Assembly: GCA_946965045.2 (NCBI GenBank)
Contig: OX337230.1
Span: forward strand, 3,162,001 to 3,226,000
Reading direction: 5' to 3'
Source of the DNA: Epithemia pelagica
Taxonomy: Eukaryota; Protista; Bacillariophyta
DNA: 64,000 nt
Both the position numbers and the translations under genes were made by a program. How positions within the stretch are numbered: the first letter of the stretch is position 1; each line of letters starts with the position of its first letter. Below, piece by piece: positions 42,907 to 53,199 of the stretch. A model generated the notes under the pieces. That model made no database searches. It was not told the origin of the DNA and saw nothing but the letters and a program-made list of their open reading frames with translations.

Positions 42907-44418
42907 TCAATCAAACACTTGGTCCTGCACTGGATCTGAGTAGAGCGAATAGGGAGACGATAGGGAGTCTTGGTGACGGTAGTCTTCTTCTTCCTCCTCC
43001 TCTTCCTCCATTTCAGTGTCTTCGTCGTCATTGCCAGACTCACCGTACTCGTTGTCCTTGTAGTAGGAGTCGTTCTCGCTGGATGAAGGGATTCTTGTCC
43101 CAGTGTCTGTTCTCGTGTCTGGACCAGTACCTAGATCCATGCGAGTGTCGTCCATTTCCTGTGGAACCGAGTCATTTTCACTACAATAGCTCCAATCCTT
43201 ACTCGAGTTCATGGTGTCCTCTGTTCCCATTTCCCACTCTTGTTCGTGTGGTGGTTCCTGTTTTTGGTCGTCTTGTTGATCCCGAGAAACGGAAAAGAGT
43301 CCCATGGGATGTTGTACCAAATCCCACAAAAAGGACGACATGGTTTGAACCGAAGGCGACTGGGACGGAAAGGAACAAGAGGAGGGAGTCGCTGCTGCAC
43401 CGGGACAATCGCAAGGGTTGCTCTGAGAGGGATGGGTCCTTCTCCACATGTGATGGTGCCGCTGGTTTGAACTAGGGGTTTCCTCGTTCAAGTCTGTGGG
43501 TTCCAGGAGGATTGCGTCAGTTGCCACTGGTTCTACCGACGACCTCCAACAGGGAAGGGCCCTTGGATGGAGAGAGGACGGTGGTCTCTGGAATTGTTGC
43601 TTGCGTTTTTGTTTCGTTTCTTGTCGTTTCAAAAATAAACGGGTGCGCAACTTTTCAACCGCCACCACATCGTCCAGTTGCCGAATCCGATCCATGGTAC
43701 TACTTGCTCGATCGTCGTCGTCGTCGTCGTCCGGACTGTCTTGAAGAACAAAATCCCTTCCCGACAAGACCGGTGATTCCCCGTGACCACTTATTCCTAC
43801 AGATTCCGAGTCTTTCGGAGAGGACGATGGCGGCGCAACCACGACAGTACTAGTTGCTGGAGGCAATGATACTTCCACGGAATGGTGGTCCTCATTGTGT
43901 AGGGCATGGCATGGATTGGAATCCCTTGAATCGTTGTCGTCAGGATCCATCTCCAAGGCATCTTCTACTTCGTCGTCGTCGTCGTCCTCTTTCTGTGGAG
44001 TATCGTCGTAGGAAACACAAGGAATCAGTGGTTGATGCAGCGGAGGTGTCGGCACCCGTTTGAGTTGAATCGGAGAAAGCGGAGCAGTCTCAGCCCAATA
44101 ATAGCCTGGTTGTTGTGTTGCTGCTGCTGCTGCAAGTCCACGGTAGTCATCCTCGTCTTGAAAATAATACAAGGGAAACGATTGGACAATCTTGCGTTTG
44201 CGATGTCGATTCCGTAGCGAAATGGTAGGAGTGGAGGGCAAGGATGGCTCCTGTGGTTGACAATTGCGACAGCCGGCCCATTCAAAGCTGAATCGAGATT
44301 CTTCCCGAAACATCAAGCCGCCGCCATGGTCTGTCGGCTCGCATTCCTCTTGTTCCTCCAAAAAAGGGAAAGACGTGGAATGCTGCGCGATACTCATGAG
44401 AAATGGTTTACCACACAA
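42907..44418 (-). CDS. Hypothetical disordered acidic protein (503 aa)
   Basis: Long ORF with D/E tracts; start uncertain. Confidence 0.62.
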   Translation of the reverse strand: MCGKPFLMSIAQHSTSFPFLEEQEECEPTDHGGGLMFREESRFSFEWAGCRNCQPQEPSLPSTPTISLRNRHRKRKIVQSFPLYYFQDEDDYRGLAAAAATQQPGYYWAETAPLSPIQLKRVPTPPLHQPLIPCVSYDDTPQKEDDDDDEVEDALEMDPDDNDSRDSNPCHALHNEDHHSVEVSLPPATSTVVVAPPSSSPKDSESVGISGHGESPVLSGRDFVLQDSPDDDDDDDRASSTMDRIRQLDDVVAVEKLRTRLFLKRQETKQKRKQQFQRPPSSLHPRALPCWRSSVEPVATDAILLEPTDLNEETPSSNQRHHHMWRRTHPSQSNPCDCPGAAATPSSCSFPSQSPSVQTMSSFLWDLVQHPMGLFSVSRDQQDDQKQEPPHEQEWEMGTEDTMNSSKDWSYCSENDSVPQEMDDTRMDLGTGPDTRTDTGTRIPSSSENDSYYKDNEYGESGNDDEDTEMEEEEEEEEDYRHQDSLSSPYSLYSDPVQDQVFD

Positions 44419-44889
44419 CCAAACAAGTTGCTGTCATCACAATGGCACCACGATAATGGATCTAGTGTCGAACAGTTGAGTGTGTTCCTGGAACAGAATG
44501 GTTTTCAAGACAGCTCTCTCTTCCTCTCTCTTGTCTTTTTTCCTACTCGTTCTTCCCTCCAGCATGCAGCCATCTCGACGAAAAGGTCATACCAAGAAAC
44601 AACGTGTTTGGGTCATTCCCTCTTTTTGTCTTAGTATTCAAACCGCAGCAGTCTATTATTCCTCGGAATGGGTGTGTCCGATGAGTGGATCATCGGTGGA
44701 TGCCTTCCATTTTGTGAGAACTGATCTGCCGATCCGGCGCACCATGAATTTATAATTCTTTAAACAACCCCCCCAACCACCATGAGTCCCCCAACTCTCG
44801 TGACACGATTGCTCACGATTGACGGGCGCGCACCGGCTCCTATTACAAAGGGATGAGTTTCGGTTGGAGAGTAATACATAGGCCGAAGG

Positions 44890-45792
44890 ATGCCCTTGAA
44901 ATTTCTTTTGATCCGGTTCCCTTCCCGAAACGTCGGCATGTTCATGGCTCTCCCCCAAAAGCAGCGCCCGCCGAGCTTATCGGATCGGATCCATGTGGAA
45001 GGTTGTCACGCTGTTTTTTGGAGAAAAGCTTCATTTTATTTTGTGCAGTCTCCGGGCTTTCCTTGGCAGAACAAACCACAAATCATGCGGGTGATTCCTC
45101 TTTTCCTCATTCGATGGCCCAGCCATCTCTTGTCCAGGAGCAGTAGCAGGAGTCTCGCCAACCGAGACTTTATGGTGGTGGATCCTTTCACGTGTTGGAT
45201 GGGTGGCTCTCACATTCGTCGTGGTGTGGGATTGTCATCGTCGTCCGTTCTCAGGTCGTCGTCGTCCTCCACTCGACCGACGCCGACGGGAGGCGGAATT
45301 CCACGATCCGCCGTGTCTGTGGTGGTGCGATGTCAAACAACCCAAAATCCAAGCAACTCCTCCTCGACTCCCTTGTTTTTGTTGGTCCAACGAGGCAAAC
45401 CTCCCAATCAGGGCATGTGGAGTTTGCCAGGAGGCAAGGTGGAATGGGGGGAAACCGTCTTTCAAGCCGCACAACGAGAATTGGATGAAGAAACCAAGGG
45501 ATGGCCCAACAATAACATGGAGGACGCCAGCTTGCAGTGGCATCCATATTCCTTTACCACTTCGGATTCCATGGGAGAAGGATACCAATATCACATTTCT
45601 CAATTCTTTTGTCAGTATAGTGAACCGGACCCGCCAATCTTGCATCCAGCAGACGATTCCGACGCGGTCGACTGGTTTTCCTTGTCGCACATTCGAACCA
45701 AACCACACAAAAACATGACGGAGGGAGTCCTTCGAGTCATTGAACGTGCCGAAGTTCTCTTTCATCAAGGTCTTTTGGGAACAGAGGCTTGA
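44890..45792 (+). CDS. Nudix hydrolase (ADP-ribose pyrophosphatase-like); probable ATG at 45172 with S/R-rich presequence-like N-terminus
   Basis: [41 protein letters not shown] contains the Nudix box GX5EX7REUXEE. Confidence 0.9.
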   Translation: MPLKFLLIRFPSRNVGMFMALPQKQRPPSLSDRIHVEGCHAVFWRKASFYFVQSPGFPWQNKPQIMRVIPLFLIRWPSHLLSRSSSRSLANRDFMVVDPFTCWMGGSHIRRGVGLSSSSVLRSSSSSTRPTPTGGGIPRSAVSVVVRCQTTQNPSNSSSTPLFLLVQRGKPPNQGMWSLPGGKVEWGETVFQAAQRELDEETKGWPNNNMEDASLQWHPYSFTTSDSMGEGYQYHISQFFCQYSEPDPPILHPADDSDAVDWFSLSHIRTKPHKNMTEGVLRVIERAEVLFHQGLLGTEA

Positions 45793-45911
45793 GTGTTTTT
45801 TGTTGTTGTCTGTCGTTTGCCATCAGTTGTATTGGCACCGCTGGAGGAACCAACAACGCTGAAATGCAACCACTTGCAATGACCCATTTGTCCTATTGCG
45901 TTCGTTCTGAC

Positions 45912-47866
45912 CTATAATTGTTTGGAAATTGAAACAGGGGCTGCTCGGTCCAAAATCGGACAAGATTTATACGATGCTTCTACGAGTAGATGAAGTGAGT
46001 GAGCGCAATGGATCTGATTGATAATGCAGCAACTTGCTATTTCGTCTACCACACGCTCCAGTTCCTCAGAGTAGAGCGATGAATGAAGCACAGATACCGA
46101 TCTACCACATAATTGTAACAGTCTATTCGTTGCCAACAAAAGAAGAAACATTTTTATGAACGATATTACAAGCGTTCAAGAAAACTTATGGAGTAAAAAC
46201 TGAGTATGTCCTCTGCTTCAAGGAATTGGAAAGCGCTACTCTTGACCGTGTTCTTATATGACCATTATTTACCAGTAGAGACATTCTCTAGTCCTCGTCC
46301 ACTACGGGACTCTCGTCATCCGATGAATGGAATGGATGGGTCATACTTGCTGTTGTATTAGTCTCGTTTGACACTGACTCGTTTGTGTTGTGTTGAATAA
46401 ACGCTCTTCTACAAGGACCATATGCTTCCACCCTTCTATCCGAGGTATCTTGGTGGTCCAGAGAACTCTTGAGCTCGTCCGCCAGTAGTGTGTGTCTCGT
46501 CGGTGCGGGATGGTGGTTATCGAGCTCCGCCACCATTGGTCGTTGGCAGCATTTTCTCGACGGCTGACCTTTGCAATGCCACGATCTCGTGAAAGAGAAG
46601 GAAGTGGACAACGGCCACTGTGGATTGCCACCGTGGCATTTACCTGTCATAGTTGATGGCTCGCACGGAATCGTAGGTGGCCGTCCCACAAAAGCAACTC
46701 TTTTGTGGAGATTATAAGCTGGATTCAGCAATGCTACAGAAGCTTTACATTTCGTCCGCCACACGCTTATTAACATTCTTCATAGTATAGCGATGGGTGA
46801 AGTAGGACGATACATGTGCCACATGATTGCAACAGTCTATTCATGGACAACTCTAGAAGACACCATCATATTGTAGATACAACAAACGTTCTATACAACT
46901 TTTGAATATCAAGCAATTGAACATGGCATGGATAAAGCCCCGATGGAATAGTTCTTGCTATGCAGCAAATAGAATAGAGAGAGAATCTCTTTCGGCCATC
47001 GGATCGAGAGCATCCGATCCTGTGTTTCTTGGCATTGTTTTTGTCTTCCAATCGGCTCGAGACAATACGACGCCCTCTACCTAGTCCATGTGCACGTCTT
47101 GACCAGCTTCTGTGGTCGAAGATTTTGAGCCATCATCTGAGGTCAAAATGCTCTGGGTCATGCTACATGTTGAGTTGGTCACGGAGTCATCGATTTCTTC
47201 AATAAAGGTCCCATGAAGACCCTCCACTTGGACATTGTTGTTCGAAGTATCATCCCTTTGCTGTCGTGCAACTTCAGTCAAAACATTGATCAACAACGCC
47301 ACAACCCTATTTTGCACGAGCTCGTCGAAGTTCGAAGAAAGGGCACGGACAAGCTCTTCCTTCTTTTCCTCCAAGGTCATTTCTGTACTAGTTGGAAGCA
47401 TGTTGTCAAAATCACGTTGGATCGTGTCATAGCAGACTTGTAGATGGTTAGCAGAGAGGTCGTTTTGGTTGGGATTAAACCACTCTCGAATTAGACGAAT
47501 TGTCTCGTCCGTGCTTGACATATTTTCGTTTTTTTCTCGCAACTCTTTCCGACGTGGCCTAAAGCGCCGTTCTTTTCGTGCAGCGAATCTCTTCTTGCTC
47601 TTTTCCTCTTCCTTCGTCCAATCCAGCTCCTCGAATCGGACGGATTGTTTCGTATGTTTTGGAACAACCTTGATGAGTGAGGTTTGAAGCATTCCTTCGC
47701 TCCCTTCGATGTGTGAAAAACTTCCTGTTTCTCCGTGCTTTGAGGAAGGACAAGAAACGGCCTGGGGTCCCGTTTGTGCTTCCAACATTTTGTCACGCTC
47801 TTGCTGGGTGCACAAAAATCTGGAAAGCTGCTCCATTTTGCCTGAGAAAGAAATTTCGATCATCAC
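45912..47866 (-). pseudogene. Decayed gene, copy A (largest remnant ORF 47081-47866; PHD-like remnant at ~46740-46892)
   Basis: 46530-47790 is homologous to parts of 53255-54680 in the same orientation; fragmented ORFs. Confidence 0.55.
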
Positions 47867-48068
47867 TCGATCGCATGGACGTTCTTAGTCGTCTTTTTCA
47901 ATGCATCAATAGATCTGTGCGATGAATCAATGAACAGATCTCAATCATGTGCTGTTATGCGCACAACTCCCTATGAATCGCAGCATAAATTTGTCTCTCT
48001 CATTGTGGGTCCCTGCGGTGTCCATCGAGCGAGCGACAGACCGTTGCAAAAATCAGCGGGACTAGCTA

Positions 48069-48491
48069 CCGTAATTTGCGGATTCCTGTCCCCCCGGAAT
48101 GTACAAAAATTAAGAGGAGGGGGACAGGACTACGCAATTTTTGATAATTTTTCTTAAGATTCCATTCACACAATACAATTAATTTCTTAGTAAATTAATT
48201 TTCAACCTCGGGGTTGTAGATAAGGTTTGGTCGCACAATTCCAGTCAGGGGAAAGACCGTGCTTCAATGCGTAGCCTTAACCCTAATCATAATCCCATCA
48301 TGCTTTATCTCTTGTTTCTCCTCTTTGATTCACTCCCATGTAATGTCAGGCAGTGCGATAGAAAGCTCGGAACGTGAGGAATGTGGGGGTAACCCATAAG
48401 CCCAGAAAGAACCTACAGATAAAAAGTTAGGGGGCCATGGGGGAGTGGGGGGGACAGGACTATAGGGGGGACAGGAATGCGCAAATTACGG
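48069..48491. mobile_element. Tc1/mariner (pogo-like) MITE, 423 bp, 26-bp TIR with 1 mismatch, TA TSD
   Basis: TA|CCGTAATTTGCGGATTCCTGTCCCCC ... GGGGGACAGGAATGCGCAAATTACGG|TA; internal GGGGACAGGA repeats. Confidence 0.9.
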
Positions 48492-48929
48492 TAGTACTCC
48501 TAGCTACCTAGCACTACCTACCTCTCGGAGTACCTACTCTACATCTCTAGGTAGCTACTCCTCTTCTCTCTATGGAAAGGCAGAGGTTGTGGAGTTCTTG
48601 TCTCTTGACTCTCAAGGCAATCTGTTGAATTTGAACGGGTGGAAAGTGGAAACCGTCGTTCAAGCAGCACAACTAGGAATGGACAAAGAGAGAGCAATGG
48701 ATGATGGCCCCACAAGAACCATGTTGGCGATTGCTTTCCTGTTGATAGTCGTAGTCTCGTTACCTATTTGTGCAACAGTTAGAGTATACATGGTTGAAAC
48801 ACCTGCAAACAAACCACGTCATATTCCTATTGGTGAGAGCTTTGATCTCCTTGTTTCCTAGGAGAACCAAGAAGTATACAGACAGGATATGCCACCAAGT
48901 AAACTGTTCCAATAATAGTTGCTTCGTTT

Positions 48930-51728
48930 TCAAGAGCGACGAAGTGTGGACGATCGAGCCTTGGTTTGTTTTGCCACAAGGGCACCACAATCCACCAAGG
49001 TTTCGACCAACACTTGTTGAAAACAAGCATAGGGGGAAGACGACGCTGACGCGGTCGTCGAAGAATTGGGACTTTTCTGTTTCCACTCGGACTCACCACC
49101 ACGCATTGCTGTAATGGTGGTTGGATAGTTTACCTCGTCCTCTTCCATAGGGGATTTAGGTTTGGAAATAATGCCAGTTTCGGACAAAAAGTTGACGCAG
49201 TGTTTGTGACTGTCGTGACAGGGTAAATCCTTCATGGCATCGGCCATGGAATCCATGGAAAGCGAATCGACATCTTCCCCACCGTAACGATCATAGAGAC
49301 GACCAAATTCGTCTTCGCTGTTGAAGGAATCATTTTCATTGCGCTTTTTACGGTCGGCCTCCCAGCGACGGCGGCGGTAGGTCCGTGATGACACCGATGA
49401 TGTGGAGGAAGAACGAGAGGAAAAGGACGATTCGTCGTCATCATCGTCATCATCATTATAATCACTCACTTCTTCTTCTTCAGACCAAATATCGTAGTCC
49501 AGACAACCATCCGCGGGTGCCTTGGCGTCACGGTCTCGATGTCGTTTCCTCGTGTCTTTGCTGCTGCTGCGACGCCGACGAGAATCTTCGTGTGGACGTC
49601 GTCGTCTCTGGCTGGTCGAACCATGTTCTACTGGAGTGCGATCTTGTGGTGAGCCTTCTTCTTCTTGTTGTTCCTTGTCATAGTTCTTCTTTTTCAATCC
49701 TCGCTTGTTCTTGGTATGCCGTTTCTGGTGGTGCTTTCGTTGTTTCGGTCCCTTGTTTTTGGAATTCCGAAAGGTGGCCCATTTGTGGCGACTCCCGGTA
49801 CTGGGCGTGGGACTGCTGCTCCGCACGACGGTTAGTAGTGTCGTTCGATTTCGACGAGATTCGGTCGTGGTCGAAAAGTCTCCACTTTTGCGCCGTTGTG
49901 GTGGCTGTTTCTGGTGATGGGGATCAAACGTCAAGAAGGGTTCTCCGTGCTCCTCGGCGTCATGGTCCTTTTCATGAGTGGATTGATCCATGTCCTGTTC
50001 GGAACGTTTCTGCTTTCGAGTCGCAGATTGGTTGCGTTGTTGATACGGTGGTCGGGTAATCAATCTCGATGTGGAGGATTCATCATCGAGCAAATTCTCG
50101 TCATCCTCTTCCTCCTCTTGTGTTGCCCCCTTTGACGAGTGAATCGATGATGAACTCGATGGTCGACGACGAAACCGTTGTTGTTGAGACGGCTGTTGTT
50201 GAGACTGCTGCGATTGTGGTTTGACTCGTCTTCGGAAAGACGCCGATCGAGTGGATCGACCGAACCGTGACACCAAGGAAGTCGATGATTCTCCACCCTT
50301 GAAGGATCCTCGACGGCCCAATTTCTTGGTATTGGTTGGATTCGACTCTTCCAATCGTTGCAGAATCACGGGGGACATGGATCGTTCCGAACGATGCATT
50401 CCGCCATGCAACGAGTTGAAGGAGGATCGTTTCGAAGTGGATCGGTGCTGCATGGATCGGTTGCCGACCGATCGCGTTCCGACGGACCTATGACTGACGG
50501 AAATGGCATCGTTCGAGGGAGTACGGGAGATACTGGGTCGACTGCTAGTGCTGGTACTCCGACGACGACGTCCCGTTGTCGATGCTGACGTCGAGGTAGT
50601 TCGTCGTTTGGACGATGATATGGAATAGTGCGTGAACGAAGCTCCCCCCAAGGATTCGAGACCTCCATAACTTCCCTCCGAACCATCGTCCAAACCACTG
50701 GAACGTTTTTGTTGTCGAAAGGAGGAATGGAACAAGGAAGAATGACTCCTGTCACGACTATTGGATCGTGCGCTCTTGTTGGTATCTCGACTTAGCGATC
50801 GACGCCGATTGTTCTTGTTGGGAAGCGGCTGCTTGTCACTGGACCGCGATCGATTCTTGTTGTGATACTGAGTCGCAATCAAGGGTTCGTCATCAGTATT
50901 GTCACTTTCTTCGTCCTCCTCTTCATGGGACTGCTGTGTGGTGGTGGTCAAGGTGGAAGCCGTGGAAAGCATGCTATGATTGGGGTTCTTGGGTTTGTGG
51001 GGACTTTGTCGTTGCGAAGAGGACGATGAGGACTGCAATCGATTAGGATCAAATGCCGTCTTCATCATTTCCAGTAACTTTACAATGTGCTGGTCTTCGT
51101 CTGGAGCTGGTTCGGTTTCCTCTTTTTTCTCCTCCAGTATCATGGCCGAATCGTTCGTCTCGGTGGATTCCAGCACAGGGTCCACAGCACCACTTGAGCT
51201 ATTAGTGGTATTGTTAATGGGGCTAATACTTTCGGATGCATCGTGCGTGGACATGGCTTCGGTAGGTATCTCCTCGTCGTATTCCTCTTGTTGTTGATCC
51301 GCGGTGGTTGTTATGGTTGTGGTCATGGCGGAAAGCATTGTCCCCTCTTCCTCGGCGAGCGGTGGAGAGGAGGAGGACGACGACGAAACGGAGGAAGGAG
51401 AGAGAGAAGGCGTCGTCATGGATGGAGCGGTAGTTGGAGCTGCAGTTGAGGCCTTGATGGGAAAGAGTTTGCGCACCCATTGATGACGGCGTTTCATGGA
51501 ATCTTCCGATAGGGCGACTTGACTTTGTTTTCCTTTTCGGGATGATTTGCCATTTCGATTGTTGTTGGTATTATTCAAGGCTTGTACCTGTCGTCCTAAC
51601 GTGAGTTCAATGGCCAAGTCCTCCGAGTCGGCGGCGGCTTGTCGTCGTGAGGTCTTCCACGTCATGCTGTTCGAAACAAAAGACTTGGTCCTTCCTGTGA
51701 GAATCAAAAGACTCCTACTAGGAGTCAC
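48930..51728 (-). CDS. Hypothetical disordered S/R-rich protein (likely ATG 51665, MTWKTSRR...)
   Basis: 932-codon ORF, low complexity, no globular domain recognised. Confidence 0.72.
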   Translation of the reverse strand: MTPSRSLLILTGRTKSFVSNSMTWKTSRRQAAADSEDLAIELTLGRQVQALNNTNNNRNGKSSRKGKQSQVALSEDSMKRRHQWVRKLFPIKASTAAPTTAPSMTTPSLSPSSVSSSSSSSPPLAEEEGTMLSAMTTTITTTADQQQEEYDEEIPTEAMSTHDASESISPINNTTNSSSGAVDPVLESTETNDSAMILEEKKEETEPAPDEDQHIVKLLEMMKTAFDPNRLQSSSSSSQRQSPHKPKNPNHSMLSTASTLTTTTQQSHEEEDEESDNTDDEPLIATQYHNKNRSRSSDKQPLPNKNNRRRSLSRDTNKSARSNSRDRSHSSLFHSSFRQQKRSSGLDDGSEGSYGGLESLGGASFTHYSISSSKRRTTSTSASTTGRRRRSTSTSSRPSISRTPSNDAISVSHRSVGTRSVGNRSMQHRSTSKRSSFNSLHGGMHRSERSMSPVILQRLEESNPTNTKKLGRRGSFKGGESSTSLVSRFGRSTRSASFRRRVKPQSQQSQQQPSQQQRFRRRPSSSSSIHSSKGATQEEEEDDENLLDDESSTSRLITRPPYQQRNQSATRKQKRSEQDMDQSTHEKDHDAEEHGEPFLTFDPHHQKQPPQRRKSGDFSTTTESRRNRTTLLTVVRSSSPTPSTGSRHKWATFRNSKNKGPKQRKHHQKRHTKNKRGLKKKNYDKEQQEEEGSPQDRTPVEHGSTSQRRRRPHEDSRRRRSSSKDTRKRHRDRDAKAPADGCLDYDIWSEEEEVSDYNDDDDDDDESSFSSRSSSTSSVSSRTYRRRRWEADRKKRNENDSFNSEDEFGRLYDRYGGEDVDSLSMDSMADAMKDLPCHDSHKHCVNFLSETGIISKPKSPMEEDEVNYPTTITAMRGGESEWKQKSPNSSTTASASSSPYACFQQVLVETLVDCGALVAKQTKARSSTLRRS

Positions 51729-53199
51729 AATCTGATAAATTGGTTGGTGTTGTTGTTATTTCGTTCGCACGAGACTTTGCCGCAAAAGCTTTGGTGGTGG
51801 GATTCTGGATACCCACAAAACTCGCTGTAGAGAGAGAGTCCAAGAGGAATCAAAATCACAACAAGGGATCCACTCAACAAACAAGAGAAGCTGTAAAACA
51901 CCACAAAATAGTCCAGTCGGTTCTCGCACACACAACACAACTTGTTGCTGCGCCTTGAAAAAATGAGGGAAGGCGAGTTCGAAATTTTTCAGCCACGAGA
52001 GTCTATCGAAAATTTAAAATGTCTGGAGTGCGCTCTCGTTGCAGATCAAGCTCGGACACCCGGCGAACTTAACTTCATGCGTCCCGGGAATGACTTGCTT
52101 GTTAATGGTTATAATTTCCACCTTTTGATTCCCGTAAAAGTATGTGTAACAACCCGAAATAATATTACCCGTAATGTAAGGTTTTTCGGGCCTACTTCAA
52201 CGACTCCGTTGGGCTGTGCGTACGGAATTTTGAATTTTCCCACGTGTACCGCGCCATCAGGAATCCTTGGTTTCTTTTGTTCGTGGCCGTTGGAATCCCT
52301 ATATAAGTCTTTCGACGTCGTAATCTCAAACCGCAACCACTCCTACCAAAAATCTACATAGGCCTCGGCCTCATCATCGTCAGATGCATGATGATGGCGC
52401 GCTTTTTGGACCAGGCCGAACTCTTTCTCACTTTTTGAGTTTTGTGACATGTCGCGTTTCCGCATGGTGGTGATTGAGAGGACAGAGTAGGAACGGTCGA
52501 CACCGGTCCACAACGTTTTGACTTGGTGTTTTTGCTCGAGTCAAGTTCCACAATCTCATTTTTCTCATTTTGGATTTGGGACTCGAGTTCATGGAACATT
52601 GACAACCACAGAATCGACTTCGTATGTCCTCATGTCGCACACTTTCTTCGAAATTCACTTACAAGGCCCACAATGACTTGTCTCGTTCACTTTCGCCCCT
52701 TTGTGCGCCTTTTGGAACGAACTTTTGGCATTTGTGCGGAATTTCGAATATGCCCATCGAAACGCTACGATATATAGTATTGTGGGAAAAGAAATGAAGT
52801 GGATACAACTACCCAAAAGGCTGGAGGACAGTTGCGAGTTGAAAAAAGCTCAAGGATGAGAGCGCAATATTTCAAGAGCAGTTGGACACTCTGGACCATG
52901 AAAAATGTGTGGGGGAGACTAGGTACGGACGTTTCCTTCTTGAACACCCTCCTTCTTTATTCACCACAAAGACAAGCTGAGGGCAAAGCCAATTTCGTTC
53001 TCGCTTCGTACGCATCGCTCACCAGTCCCGGACAATTCATGGAACCACGTGCTTGGTGGAGTTGCCCGTTCGTCTCCAGCACACCACCACAACATTGAGT
53101 TTTGCCACAAAACAGGCACATCCTACTTTGGTGGAAGATAAAGTCAAAGGGATACATTCATTGTGGTCTTTGGCTCTGCGCACCGATCTACCTGTTTCT

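Noticed and set aside
21800-51700. Numerous 60-200-aa ORFs overlapping the disordered-protein genes
   Set aside because: Antisense or alternative-frame shadows of low-complexity coding sequence.
51942-53157. Possible TE remnant or small genes
   Set aside because: No TIR, TSD or recognisable domain could be assigned by eye.
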